A model generated the notes under the pieces. That model was given only the letters and a program-made list of their open reading frames with translations, ran no database searches and had not been told where the DNA came from. This document shows, in pieces, positions 50,332 through 62,700 of a stretch of 64,000 nt of DNA; the stretch's first letter is position 1, and each line of letters opens with the position of its first letter. The stretch comes from Podospora anserina (lineage: Eukaryota). The stretch spans positions 7,316,001 to 7,380,000 of the forward strand of contig CM030332.1 in assembly GCA_017654855.1 (NCBI GenBank). The letters are read 5' to 3'. A program made the position numbers and the translations under genes.

Positions 50332-53169
50332 ATGGAGCCCTTCTCGTTTGCCAGCTCCGACTCGCTTGATTACCCCGTCAGGATTCGTATGTGGGTTGCG
50401 CCGATGTTTCTGTTGCTGTTACTTTGCTATCATGGGCGCGGAATGTGCTGATAGAGAGTGGTGTAGCATAAACCTCGAAGGTGAAGAGGCACCTGTCTTA
50501 TTTTCTACCCTCCTCGACAATCCCAACCTTCGACACATAGGATCCAACCAAAGGTCTGGCACTCCGTCCGCCCTTCTCCAAACAATGCTGATACCATCGC
50601 GTCTAGCCCCTTTTCCGATCTCTATGTCACAGTACAGGTGTGGGCAGGTTCCAAGCCGTTGACTGTCCCTGTTCAGACATCTTTCAAGACCTTTCGAGCC
50701 GAGCGCAGATGGGGCGAGTGGCTCGAACTACCTGTCACATACTCAGTCTTACCCCAGAATGCCTGCCTTGCGATAACACTTTGGGACCTTTCCCCAACGG
50801 GAGACGGACCTTATGGTCACAGAATTCCTTTCGGGGGGGCTACATTGCCGCTGTTCGATAAGGATAACCAGCTACACAAGGGTCGCCAGAAATGTCACGT
50901 CTACAGACATCTTCACGCGGACGGACACGACGACACTACAACCCCCGCTCTAGTCCCTAGGTCACGACCAAAAGACGGAACACCCGAGGACAAGGATGCC
51001 GCCGAGTTGGATCGTATGGAGACGCTATTCAAGAAGCATGAAATGGGCGAGATTCCCCGCGTGGATTGGCTGGACCAGCTTGTCTTTCGTGGATTCGAGA
51101 GGCGCGGCCTTCAGACGGCCAGGTCATCTCTCAAGGCCAAAGCCATCAGGCAAACAGAGGCTTCTCGGGATGACAAGTCCAGTGCGCAGAACGAGAAAGC
51201 GAAGCCAGAACCATCTGGGTACTTTCTGAACGTAGAGCTACCAAGATTCGACTTCCCTGTGGTCTTTGCTGACTATGAGTATCCGGCACCACCCATCTCT
51301 TCGTTCCAGCATCTTTCCTCGTCACAATCCAACATCCTACTCAAACCTCCACCAGAGGTCCATTTCGGCCCCGGTATCAGCGTCGACGACGACGAGGGCT
51401 ACGAAGGCCGGCTGATCAGGGTGTATGACCCCGAGGTCGGTGCAAGAGACAACCCCGCCGAGAGCAAGCATCGCAGATTGGTCCGCAGCCAGCATCGTAA
51501 TGGGATTCTGGACAAGGACCTCAAGCCAAATGCCAAGGTGCGGGATGAGCTGAATATGATCATGTCATACTCGCCAACCCACACGCTTTCGCCAGAGGAG
51601 AAGGACCTCATCTGGAAATTCCGCTATCACCTCACAAGAAACAAAAAGGCACTCACCAAGTTTGTCAAGTCGGTGAACTGGCTAGATCACTCCGAGTCGA
51701 AGCAGGCTGTTCAAGTCCTCGGGAAGTGGACGGACATTGATGTTGACGACGCCTTGGAGTTGCTTGGCCCGACGTTTGATAATTCGGCCGTGCGGGCATT
51801 TGCTGTTGAGCGATTGCGCAAAGCTGACGACAAGGAGTTACTTCTGTATCTGCTTCAGCTCGTCCAGGCGCTCAAATATGAACATATCTCGACACGGCCT
51901 GGCCATGAGGTCACACACGACTCGTCTTTGGCTCGATTCTTGATATCCCGGGCTGTTCACAGTCTTGCACTCGGCAACTACTTTTGGTGGTATCTCATGG
52001 TCGAGTGTGATGATAGTTCCATGGATCAGGGTGAGGAAACTCAAATGATTTACAAGAAGATTGCGTACGATTTCATGGCAGAGCTGGTGAAGCGCCCGGA
52101 CGGGAAGGAGACCCGAAAGACGTTGCTGCGACAGGCTGAGTGGATTGCGATCCTCTCCAAGATTTCTGGGGAAGTCAAGGAGGCGAACGAATCCATCGCG
52201 AAGAGGGTAGAGCGCGTCAAGCACTTCTTGGCCGACCCCAAAAACGAGCTGGTGACCATCGACCCACCACTTCCCCTGCCCCTGGATCCTTCGATAGAAA
52301 TATGCGGCGTGGTTCCGGAAGACACAGTTGTCTTCAAGTCATCATTACATCCTATCAAAGTGGCCTTCAAGACCACCTCTGGTCGGAAATACCCTATCTT
52401 GTTCAAGACCGGCGATGACCTCCGTCAGGATCAGCTCGTTATCCAGATCATCACCCTCATGGATAACCTATTGCTGAAAGAGAACCTCGACCTGAAGCTC
52501 TCCCCTTACAAGATTTTGGCCACCGGTACGAGTGCCGGCCTGTCACAGTTTGTGCCATCCATGACCTTTCAGGGCATCGCCTCCAAATACCGCGCCAACC
52601 CGGCACAGGCCTACCTCAAGCAGAACAACCCCGACGCCCAAGGGCCATTCGGCATGCGCAAGGAGAGTCTGGATACATTTGTCCGGTCGTGCGCCGGCTA
52701 CTGCGTGATCACTTACATCCTCGGCGTTGGTGACCGTCACCTCGACAACCTGCTGTTAGCTCCAGACGGCCACTTCTTCCACGCCGATTTTGGGTACATC
52801 CTCGGCCGCGACCCGAAACCTTTTGCGCCCGCGATGAAGCTCTCCAAGGAGATGGTCGACTGCATGGGCGGGTCCAACTCGGAGTATTACCGGCAGTTCA
52901 AGCAGTACTGCTTCTTGGCGTATAGCGCGCTGAGGAAGAACAGCAACTTGATTCTGAACTTGTTCAGTTTGATGGTCGACGCGAACATTCCCGACATCAA
53001 GCTGGAGCCGGATAAGGCGGTGCTGAAGGTTAAGGAGAGGTTCCACTTGGAACTGAGCGAGGAGGATGCGATTAGACATTTGGAGAGGATCATGGACGAC
53101 AACCTGAACGCGCTGGTGCCAGTGGTGATTGACAAGTTGCATGAGCTGGTGCAGGCTTTTAGGGCGTAA
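50332..53169 (+). CDS. VPS34: Class III phosphatidylinositol 3-kinase, ~902 aa, 3 exons (50332-50390, 50467-50553, 50607-53169)
   Basis: C2 region (WGEWLELPV), helical domain (LLLYLLQLVQALKYE), kinase motifs FKTGDDLRQDQ, GVGDRHLDN, HADFG. Confidence 0.97.
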
Positions 53170-53307
53170 TTTAGAGACGGATTTGGTGTTCAGGTGGCGC
53201 TAGGTATGAATTTTGGGACGGAGAACCAGATATATAGTGGTGGCATTCATGTTCAGGAAGTGATGCCATCGTGCCATTCGCAGCGTCTCTTGAGCCATAT
53301 GTGATCT

Positions 53308-54576
53308 TTACGTCTCGCCAAAAACAAAAACACCCTTCCCACTCCTAAACCCGCCCAGGGTCCCCTGAACCGCCTCCTTGAGCGTCTTCTCCTCCGTCTC
53401 CCAGTTCCACTCCACCTCCTGCACTGGGCTCTCCTTGAACTTACCCTCCCTCATCAAGTTCAAAATATCCTCAATCATCTTCTTCTTGCCCTCTGGGTTC
53501 TCCTTACCCCACTCACTCAACCAAAAGCCTTCGAACCTCAACCTCTTGAAGATCTGCGGCCCAGTCGGGAACGGGAAACTTTGTCTGCTCATCCCGCCAT
53601 ACGTAACCATGCACCCCTTCGGACTCAGCGCCTTCACCACAGCACTCGCCGACTTCCCCCCAACACAGTTCATCCCCAACAACAACGGCTCCTTCCCCCC
53701 CTTTGTCAGCTCCCCAAGTCGATCCCTAAAACTCCTGTCCAAGAACTCCTGCTCGGTCAGAACAACATTGGCTCCCAACCCGGTGAGCTCCTCCTTGAGC
53801 TTCTCCGTCTCTTCAGGTGTCTCCCTTTCCCGAACGACGTTGATACTCCTCAACCCCCACAACCTCCCAAACTGAACCGCCGCCCTGCCCACCCCAGAAT
53901 TCGCCCCGTTTTGGAGAAACCACGCCCCCCCGGAGACGTCTTTCCCCTCGCGATACCACCGCATGCTGAGACCAACCAGATCGACATAGTCCTTCAGCAT
54001 CCGATACGCACTGCACGGATTCACCGACACCGTCGCCACCTGAACGGGCGTCAAACCCTCCCTCTCGACCCTCATCAGTTTCCCCTCCGCCTCCTCAACC
54101 AAAGCATGAGTCCTAAAGGTTCCAAACCCCGTCTTGGCAGGGATAACCCAATCCCCCTTCTCCAGACCCTTCACTCCCTGCCCGACAGACAGGACCTCGA
54201 AGCAGGCCTCATTCCCCGGTACTGCCGACGGTTGGGCGGTGCCGAGGAGGGTGGTGAAGAGGGGCTTGGAGCCGTAGGTGCCCTGGATGGTGTTGACGTC
54301 TGCTGGGTTTACTGGTGCTGCGAGGGTGCGGACCAAGACGGAGCCGGAGGGGAGGGTGGGGGAGATGGAGTGGGTGTGCAGCGACAAGACGTCAATAGGT
54401 TCGCCAAAGGAGGAGAAGGTGAGGGCTTTGGATTGGTGGTAGCCGTAGGGGCCGGTGAGGTGGCGCTTTTGGGTGAGGGTAGGGGCCGCTCGGGGAGTGG
54501 CCGTGGTGAGAGCCGGACGGAGGAGTTTGCTGGTGGGGAGGCGGAGGGCCTTGGATGTTAGGCGGGGGGCTGCCAT
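53308..54576 (-). CDS. ETR1: Mitochondrial trans-2-enoyl thioester (ACP/CoA) reductase, ~422 aa
   Basis: Presequence MAAPRLTSKALRL. Motifs APVNPADVNTIQGTY, SVNPCSAYRML, QNGANSGVG, VTYGGMS, GFWLSEW (MDR family, Etr1/MECR). Confidence 0.92.
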   Translation of the reverse strand: MAAPRLTSKALRLPTSKLLRPALTTATPRAAPTLTQKRHLTGPYGYHQSKALTFSSFGEPIDVLSLHTHSISPTLPSGSVLVRTLAAPVNPADVNTIQGTYGSKPLFTTLLGTAQPSAVPGNEACFEVLSVGQGVKGLEKGDWVIPAKTGFGTFRTHALVEEAEGKLMRVEREGLTPVQVATVSVNPCSAYRMLKDYVDLVGLSMRWYREGKDVSGGAWFLQNGANSGVGRAAVQFGRLWGLRSINVVRERETPEETEKLKEELTGLGANVVLTEQEFLDRSFRDRLGELTKGGKEPLLLGMNCVGGKSASAVVKALSPKGCMVTYGGMSRQSFPFPTGPQIFKRLRFEGFWLSEWGKENPEGKKKMIEDILNLMREGKFKESPVQEVEWNWETEEKTLKEAVQGTLGGFRSGKGVFVFGET

Positions 54577-55987
54577 TGTGAGATTGAACGGCCGTGTGAG
54601 AGGTGAAGTGACGGCAAAGGGGCGAGGTGAGGTTGGTGAGAGTGTGTTGTGAATTGTTGACAGCAGCCTGCCCCGCTGAGAACCTGGGTGGATTGTGGAA
54701 TTGCAGGGGATAGAGCTCGAGAAAGACAGCACCCAAACTGATGCTGAATACTGTAGCTTCAAGTTGCAACTCTAGTGTAAAAGAAAAGTAGCTATTGCAG
54801 TGTCAATTGAATCAGATATCTACAAACCCTCTCAACCTTATCACAACTTCCACCCGCCCAGCCGCTGCGTCGCAATCCTAACAAAAAAAAAAAAAAAAAA
54901 AAACCCGAACCGCTCACCCGAGCCGATGACGTCTGCCTGAGCTCTCTCTCCATGGCCAGAGCTCCATAGCTCCCAGCCAATCACACCTCACTTCCCGTCC
55001 CAAGAACTCTATCTTATCATAAACCTCCATTTACAATTTCCCATGCCTATCTACATCATCTTAACTACAAATACCACCCCCATTATATGTCGCAAGCTCC
55101 CGTAATTTGACCGAAAAATCCCATCCGGCCTTCCTGCCCCCAAAGTGGCGTGACCCCTTAACACGTCCCCTCTATGTATGACATGCATCCCGAAGGTCAA
55201 AGCGGGATACGACCTTCATCACCATCCCTCCCTCCCTCACCTCTCTACCCGTCAATCATCTCCCTTAAGCCTTGGCTTGGGCGTGATTATCACTTCTTAT
55301 ACCAATCATATCATAATACACACGAAAAGTTGAGAAAGAAAACAAACCCCCCAAACTCAGATTCTCATTCCACCCCCCAATAACTATGCTCAGCTGCTAA
55401 AAATATGGTATAAAACGAAGTTGAAAAAAAGCCATGAAATCGTAAAGTTGTCGCGCTCTGAACCTCCCCCCCCCCCAAACTGCGCATCCCTCCCCTTGTC
55501 AAAAAGCTATGTATGTATCGTCCTCAAAAATAACAAATTCCCCTCCCTCCTCCCCATGAGAAAGAAGAAGAAAAGGTTCTCCCGCTTTTGGCAACCTGAT
55601 GTGTGCAAGAGGGAAAAAAAAAGCGTGTTCGTGAAACAAAACCAGGAATAGACCAGCAGAAAAAGAAGGCGTGCCAGCCCAATCAAAAGCAAAGAGTCGT
55701 ACACCTCAAGATAAGGCAACAGAGAGACATGACAGGAAAAAAACAAAAAAAGAAAGAAAAACATGACAGAATGGGGTAGTAAACATCAATGAAATCGTCA
55801 GTCGCAAATTCAGACTGCCCGTTTACAAAGAAACGAGCCCGGGTATCTTCAATCAACATGTCGCAAATTCACCCATCCCCCTAGCTTCCACGGTATTTTT
55901 CCAGGATATAATTCCATTCTTTGCTTGTCCCTTACAGGGCTGTCCCAAGACGGTTGGTTGATGTGTTTTTGTGGTGCGTTGCATGGC

Positions 55988-56650
55988 TTATTTGATGTCC
56001 TTGAACAGATCGCTGCCAAAGCCATCCTCGTCCTTGGCGTCGTCGCTCGACTTGAGCTCCGTCAGTTCCGGGATCATTGGTGGCGGGGGCCCGGTGGGCT
56101 TCTTCTCGTCTGTCGCGGGCGGAGGAAGTGGAGTTTTGTCGCTCCGGAATCTGCTAAACCAGCCACTCGACCGCTTCACTTTCCGAGAATCGGCCACACT
56201 GCTGGCGCCCCTGCTAGGAGGCCGCGATGTCCTTTTGCTCGCTTCCACTCCCTCTCCCTCCACATAGGCCGAGTTCAAAAGCCCGCGGCTAAAGAGGCGG
56301 CGAATGCTTCCGGGTCGCGCCGACAAGGTTGGGGAGGCGGGATTGTCTTCGGCCGGGCGTTTTACACCGGCAGTAGTAGCGATGGGTAGGACAGGAGCCG
56401 CAGCAGCAGCAGCAGCAGCAGCAGCGGCGGCGGCGGCCGTTGTGTTGCCATTCGACTTGACGGCCTCTTTCGGGGTGTCTGGCGGCGTGGGGACGGCCTC
56501 CTCTCGTATCGGCGAAGGGAGGGGCGGAGGGATGTCCGTTCCGTCGGTCAGCGCGCCAAACTTCAGGTCGAGGGCTGGAAGCTCAAAGCGCTTGGTTGCA
56601 GTGCCATTCGCAGGCTTCGCAGCAGCGGCGGTGTCCTTCTTTGATGGCAT
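55988..56650 (-). CDS. Disordered Pro/Ser-rich protein of unknown function with poly-Ala, ~220 aa
   Basis: Open frame from MPSKKD with coding-like codons. Motif-like blocks FELPALDLKFGALTDGTDIPPPLPSP, SIRRLFSR, GWFSRFR, PPPMIPEL, DLFKDIK. An upstream in-frame ATG at 56827 is possible. Confidence 0.7.
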   Translation of the reverse strand: MPSKKDTAAAAKPANGTATKRFELPALDLKFGALTDGTDIPPPLPSPIREEAVPTPPDTPKEAVKSNGNTTAAAAAAAAAAAAAAPVLPIATTAGVKRPAEDNPASPTLSARPGSIRRLFSRGLLNSAYVEGEGVEASKRTSRPPSRGASSVADSRKVKRSSGWFSRFRSDKTPLPPPATDEKKPTGPPPPMIPELTELKSSDDAKDEDGFGSDLFKDIK

Positions 56651-57042
56651 GTCGGGTTTGTCTTCGGAGACGGGTCTCGCCCAGAGCAGGTTGAATATGT
56701 TAAAGGTGAACGAGTGGGCAAGTTGTTTACCGAATGGCAGTGTTGGGATCGTCCGAGCGCCAGTGGTAATGGCGAGGGCAGTCGAATTGGATTGGTCCGC
56801 TACGGGGCGACTCGCACTACTAGACATCGGGATGTCGGAGGAATTGATGGCGTGTGATGGATACAGAAGCTCTGGAAACCGAACGGGAAAGAGGCGAAGG
56901 CCTGAGCGAGCGTGTTTGGTGTTGACAGGTGGGCTGGGCGAGCGATAGGTTTGTCTGGGTGGCCGCGCGGGATGTTTTGGTGCCGAGAGCGTTGGAGGAA
57001 ACGAAACGTTGACACGGGAAACAAATGCAACGTTCGAGAGCC

Positions 57043-57073
57043 GGCAGGCAGGCAGGCAGGCAGGCAGGCAGGC
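57043..57073. repeat. (GGCA)n tetranucleotide microsatellite
   Basis: ggcaggcaggcaggcaggcaggcaggcaggc read directly. Confidence 0.85.
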
Positions 57074-58371
57074 GAGTTGTTGGTTGACCGTCGTAAAATA
57101 TCGAGGTGGCGTCCGGTGAGAAACGAGTGAACGACGAGTGAATGACTGTGATGGTCGCGCTGGACCTGTGTGTGTCCGGAGGGCCTTCAGATGATAATGA
57201 ATGGCTCTCCGAGAGAAAGTGATGGTGAGGTAAAAGTCTGGTGAACCCTTGTTGAAAAGAAGGAGGACCTGGACAGGAAGGAGAGAATGCTCCCTCAGCT
57301 CAAAAGGGAAAACACCCCTGGATCAGTGATGGTGCCCTGCAGAATTGCACCTCCGAGCCAAGCTAAACCTGTCAATTCCAATTGACTGGCAGGACTCCGC
57401 TAGAATGCGGGATGCCCTGTCACTTGGTAAGCTCGGGCTCGGCTAGGGACTTGGGATTGGTGATATAAACTTTGTTTCAAGCAGGCAAAAGAAAAAAACT
57501 GCCGTTTATTACCAACCTACGGGCCTACTTACCTGTACATCCCGAGCTAATAGGACTCCAAAGGCACCTGGATTGCCATCACCAACTTCAACCATCAGAA
57601 GAATCCCAAATACAGCCCTCGGCGGGGTCACCGAGACCAGCAGTTATCGTCCCCACCCTCCAAGGGACCGTGGCACCTCGCCAATGCCGTATTACCCTGC
57701 AGAGCGATGGAAAGAGACCCGAGAGATCATCATGAGCAAAGTTTCGAAGGTGGGGCCCAGGTGCTGATATGCAGCTACCAGTGCTGAGTTCCAGGCGATT
57801 GGTTCTGTGTCCACGGCGTTGCCCAAATTGATTAACAACTACCGAGCTGTGCCGAGTGCAGCTGTGTGAGACTGCGGGCAGTCATCGTCGTATATCTGAT
57901 ACTATCGCCATGGTCGAGCTGCCAACTTTCACTGCACATGAATCCCACAATCTACCCTCGTATTCCAGCCTGTGGAGAGACACGCCCCGTCATGTGCAAG
58001 CTGTCGCTATCCGTCCTAGTAATATCGTTGATATTCGCTGCCTCGAGACACGCTCTCCGATGATTGCAAAAATACACCAAGAAGAATCCCAAGGAATAGC
58101 CAGAGCGTCATCATTCAACGCAGAACCTGTGACGCAGCAACATCCCATTCTTCCCCCCTATGCTCGTGAATTCGTGATCGCAAATATACCTGGTCGTATG
58201 CCAATCCGCCCATCGGCACCACATCCAGAGAGCTCTTCCACCCAATCCCACGCCGTCGCCACCAAGTTCACCGTGTCTCTGTTGTATGGATGGCACCGTA
58301 TGGATAGCGGATAGCCGAAGAAACTGTATTGTTATTTTATTCTGTTTTTCTGGAGGACTCATGCCGATTTT

Positions 58372-58997
58372 CTATTTCGGGACGGCGTATTGCTGAGTCC
58401 ACTGCTTCGCCGTCGCAATAGCTGCTTTCTCGTCCTCTTTCCAGCTCTTGGCAACATCAGCAGCAAGCGGATCGTCGGGGTTCGGGGCGCCGAGGAGGGC
58501 TTGAATCGAAAGGAGAATTGTTCGGATTTGCAGAGCAGGTGACCAATTGTCTGTAAAGGGAGCCCGAGTCAGTATGGTCCCGACTTCACTATCGTGGTTT
58601 TCGGGAACACCCACTCTTCAGCACATCAAGGCAGATACGGCCAAGCTTGTCAACGTTGGGGTGGAAGATCTTGGTAAGGAAGCGAATCTTGGGGGGTGTC
58701 ATGGGGTAGTCGTCCGGGAGAAAGAGCTCAAGCTTGAAGACGCCGCCTAGAACAGTGGTCAATGCTTGCGAGCTTCATTCTAGAAAAACGGGATACAAAC
58801 CCTCATATGGAGAAGACGAAGGACCATGGATCTCGACGTCAAAGTACCGTAGGTTGTCTTCGTGGGGAATGGCGCTGATGCCTGGGACACTGTTGCGCCA
58901 AAGTTAGTAAAGCTCAACGTAAACGCAAGGCGGAGGGCGCATACGGCTCCGCCATGAGGCGCTCGGTCTCTTTTTGAATTCTCTTGGGGAGAGCCAT
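58372..58997 (-). CDS. UBC13: Ubiquitin-conjugating enzyme E2 Ubc13, 150 aa, 4 exons (58997-58945, 58889-58801, 58746-58615, 58550-58372)
   Basis: Spliced [34 protein letters not shown]...[28 protein letters not shown]...NPDDPLA. Confidence 0.96.
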
Positions 58998-59710
58998 GGT
59001 GAGTGTTTAGGTAGTGGTGCGTCGGGACAGATGCGATGAAGCGCAAGTAGAAGGTCAAAGGAGGGGTAGAACTCCGAAGCGAGGACAGCAGGTGGGACGG
59101 TTGCGTTAGCAAGTGTGTGTTGACGAAGCAGGATCAGGTCTGTGGGACCTTCTGTATTTCGAGAAGTTTAGCGCAGACGTAGAGCTAGTGATGGATGCTT
59201 AGCAAGAAAATGACTGGCGACAATGGTGTTGAAAATGCCCAAGACAGGTTGGAAGCCTATGGAGTCATAGTGGGCTATGTTTGGCCAGGCCTGGCAGGGT
59301 TCTAAGGACGGCTGCCGACTGATAAGCGCACAGACCGCTGATCACATTCCTGATTCCGCCATTTGCACATCCCGGGGTTCTTTCATCAGCTTGTCAGAGG
59401 GTAATATGCAACTAAGCGTGTTGGCGCTGCAACATCGTTGAAGGTTACTTTGACGACAGTTGCTTTCACGAGCCTCATTGACCATCAGTTCTGAGAATAT
59501 AGTTCCATCTCTGATTCTTTGATTGTCACACGACAATATATCAAGTTGATTCTTCGATCCAAACTGCCCAAGGTGCTGGGCCATTGATGGAGGGGTGCTG
59601 AGGTGTGGTGAGAAGGCAGTGGAGTGAAACTCGCTGGGCTACCTACGGTCATTCAACACCAAGGCGCTCAGGATGAGCCTCACAATGCTCTGCGGCCCTT
59701 ATCTTTGACC

Positions 59711-62700
59711 ATGCCTTTCTCCTTTGATCGATTATCTCAGCCTCCAGAGCAGGCAAAGGTTGTCAAGTCGGCTTTTGACAGCGAAACGTTTGATGCAGTT
59801 GGCACAATTCATGTGGATGGCCTGGTAGGCTCGGCAACCATCTCACCGTCGGGGCGAGATGTGGCCCTTGCATCGTGAGTAGTCACATTGTTATCATGCT
59901 GAGGAAACAAACAGAATCTAACATTTTACAGACCCAAAGGCCTCGCCATCATTGATCTCGATTCTCCATGGAGCCCTCCTCGTCGGCTGAGTAGCCACGG
60001 TCTGCCATGGCTTGTGGTTGACGTCCAGTGGTCTCCCTTTGCCGCTCGCGAATTCTGGGTTGCGTCAACAGCAAATCACCGATGTCTGGTCTGGAACCTG
60101 AACAAGCGCGATGATTCGTCATCTGGGGCCGTTGAACATTCCCTCCAAGCCCACAGCAGAGCCATCACCGATATCAACTTTTCGGCCCATCATCCCGATT
60201 CTCTTGCGACGTGTGCCGTGGATGGCTATGTTCACTGTTGGGACTTGCGGAGACCAAGATCTCCTGCCTTGACGTTTTGTGACTGGTTTGCTGGTGCGAC
60301 ACAGGTCAAGTACAGTCGTCAGGATCCCAACGTCCTCGCTTCCGCCCACGACCGCTATCTTCATATTTGGGACCAAAGAAAGACTGTGGAACCCTTGACA
60401 ACCATCATCGCACATACTTCCAAGATTTATGGCATTGATTGGAACCGTACCAAACCGACCTGCATAGTCACTTGCTCACTGGATAAGAGCATCAAGTTTT
60501 GGGACTACGCCGATGAGGACGACGCGCTCCAGAGAGTCGTTCGCACTGACTTTCCAGTATGGCGGGCACGTCACACTCCTTTTGGCTCCGGATTGTTGGC
60601 TATGCCACAGAATGAACCAGGCAATCTATATCTATACGACCGACGCCCGAAGCCCACAGATCCGGTTGACGGTGCCGTTGAACCTGTTTATGTCTTCCCT
60701 GGTCATGGCAATCACAAAGTCAAGGAGTTCCTTTGGCGAAGTCGAGGAAGCGTGGACGATGGGATCGATGACCGCGAGTTTCAGCTCGTTTCATGGGGAG
60801 AGGACAATGAGCTGCGGCTTCAAAAGGTCGAGGCGCCGATTTTGAAGTCCGCCGGCTATGAACGGGGGACCCCTTTGATGGAGAACCTCATTCTCACTCG
60901 GAAGGGCGCGACTTACAAAACATTCCGTACAGTTGACGACGCCGATCAGCGAGATCGCAGGACCCCTACGATGAGCCACCCTCGCCCGGGAACGGGCAGC
61001 CGCTTCCGCCCAAGTGCCCTGAGCATGGGTTTATATACCCGTGCTCGTTGGATCGGTCCTTCGTGGAGGGCTGCATCCATGAAGGCCAAGTCAAACTCGA
61101 GGAAGACTGCGGACAAGAGTCAGCTTCAAATCGGCTGGATGAGAGGCATCACAATATCAAAGAGAAAATCCGGCTCAGAAATGAGACCAGACTCTCCAGA
61201 TTCCAGAATGTTTGGCCACGCATTTGACAGTGAGTGGTGGGAGCCCGAAACGATACAGGATGAGTTTCTCCGGATCAGTAGTCGGCTGCCAAACGTGGAA
61301 TGGGAAAATATCGACATGGACTCTTTGACGCTGAAGGCTTCCCTGAAAGGGCCATGGGGCGTGGATGAGGCGATTATCTTCATCAAGGTCAAAGTTGACA
61401 TTCCGTCCAGTTATCCCGAGAGCAAAGCGCCGAGGTTTCACATTGAAAAGTCATCGTTCATGCCCGAGGAGACCCACAAGAAGCTTCAACATGAACTTCA
61501 GGAACTCTCCATCCGCTTCTTGGAAAGAAAGGAAAACTGTCTCTTTGTTGCCTTCACGTATCTACTGGGCGAGGTTGACCTTGAGACCAGCACAACATAC
61601 TTCAAGAATGTTCGGGATCTGGACGACGACATGGATGGCTTGGCTGATGAGAGCTCTAGTGAAGACGACGAGAGTGGCATTCCTGCCGGTGGCTCTGCGT
61701 CCATGTCACAAGAGCTCAGTAGCAGTTCTGAATTAGATCCTACAGCAACACTAGCCCCAGCCAAACGCCCTATTTTGCCCCCGCCACCGAGACTATGTGG
61801 TGCGAGATTTTCCAGTGATGGGGAACTGGTTTGCTTCTTTCCCACCAAGGAAGAGAAGCAAAACGCATTGTTCACTATGGCTGCCCCAGATGTCTCTAGT
61901 GACAAGCAGAAAGGGGATCCCGCGTTTGACGGCTTTGGACGGCTTTCACAGGACTCATCGGCGCCCAAACATCTATTCAACGACGAGACATCGGCAACTG
62001 ATGACCAGTCGGAATATTCTGATTGCACAGAGTCAACGTCATCGACAGACTCGGAGCCAACAACAGTGCACAAGTTCCGTCTCTGGTATCAGCCTGGGAG
62101 ATACTTCCGCAAGCCCCTCAGCACCAACGATTCGGTGCGGTCCAGCGGAGGTGGTACCGGCACTGGGACTGGAACCGGCACAGGAACCAGTCGGAGAAGA
62201 CCAGGCAAGCCGAAAAACGTTGTTTCTATTCACGACTTCCGAGCCTACCTACCATCCAAGAGAGAATTCGCCGAGGAGTATGCTATCTTTGGTGACGGTA
62301 CTGAGGTGTGTAATCACAACGCTGCGGTGGCAGACAAGTATGGCTACTTGGACCTGGCCACCATCTGGAAATATGCCGCTCTTCTACTGCGAAGAGATGT
62401 TCCGCTCGAGGTCCAGTACAGCAGAAAACAGTCTGTATTGGTTATCGCCAGAGAATCTGTGTCTCGCTCCAATCGGAAAAAAGAGGCCGGTTTAGCCGGT
62501 CGTGTGAAATGGGGTTGCCATCCACTCGCTCGCGACTTGATCGACCGCCTGTTCGACTATTTTGAGAAGATAGCTGATATCCAGATGCTGGCTATGCTTG
62601 CCTGCATCTTCGGAGACTCATTTGAGGAAGATGGAGTGGCATACGCCGAATCTCGCCTGACCCAGCCGGAAACACCTCTTGCTATGAAGGCGCCATCATT

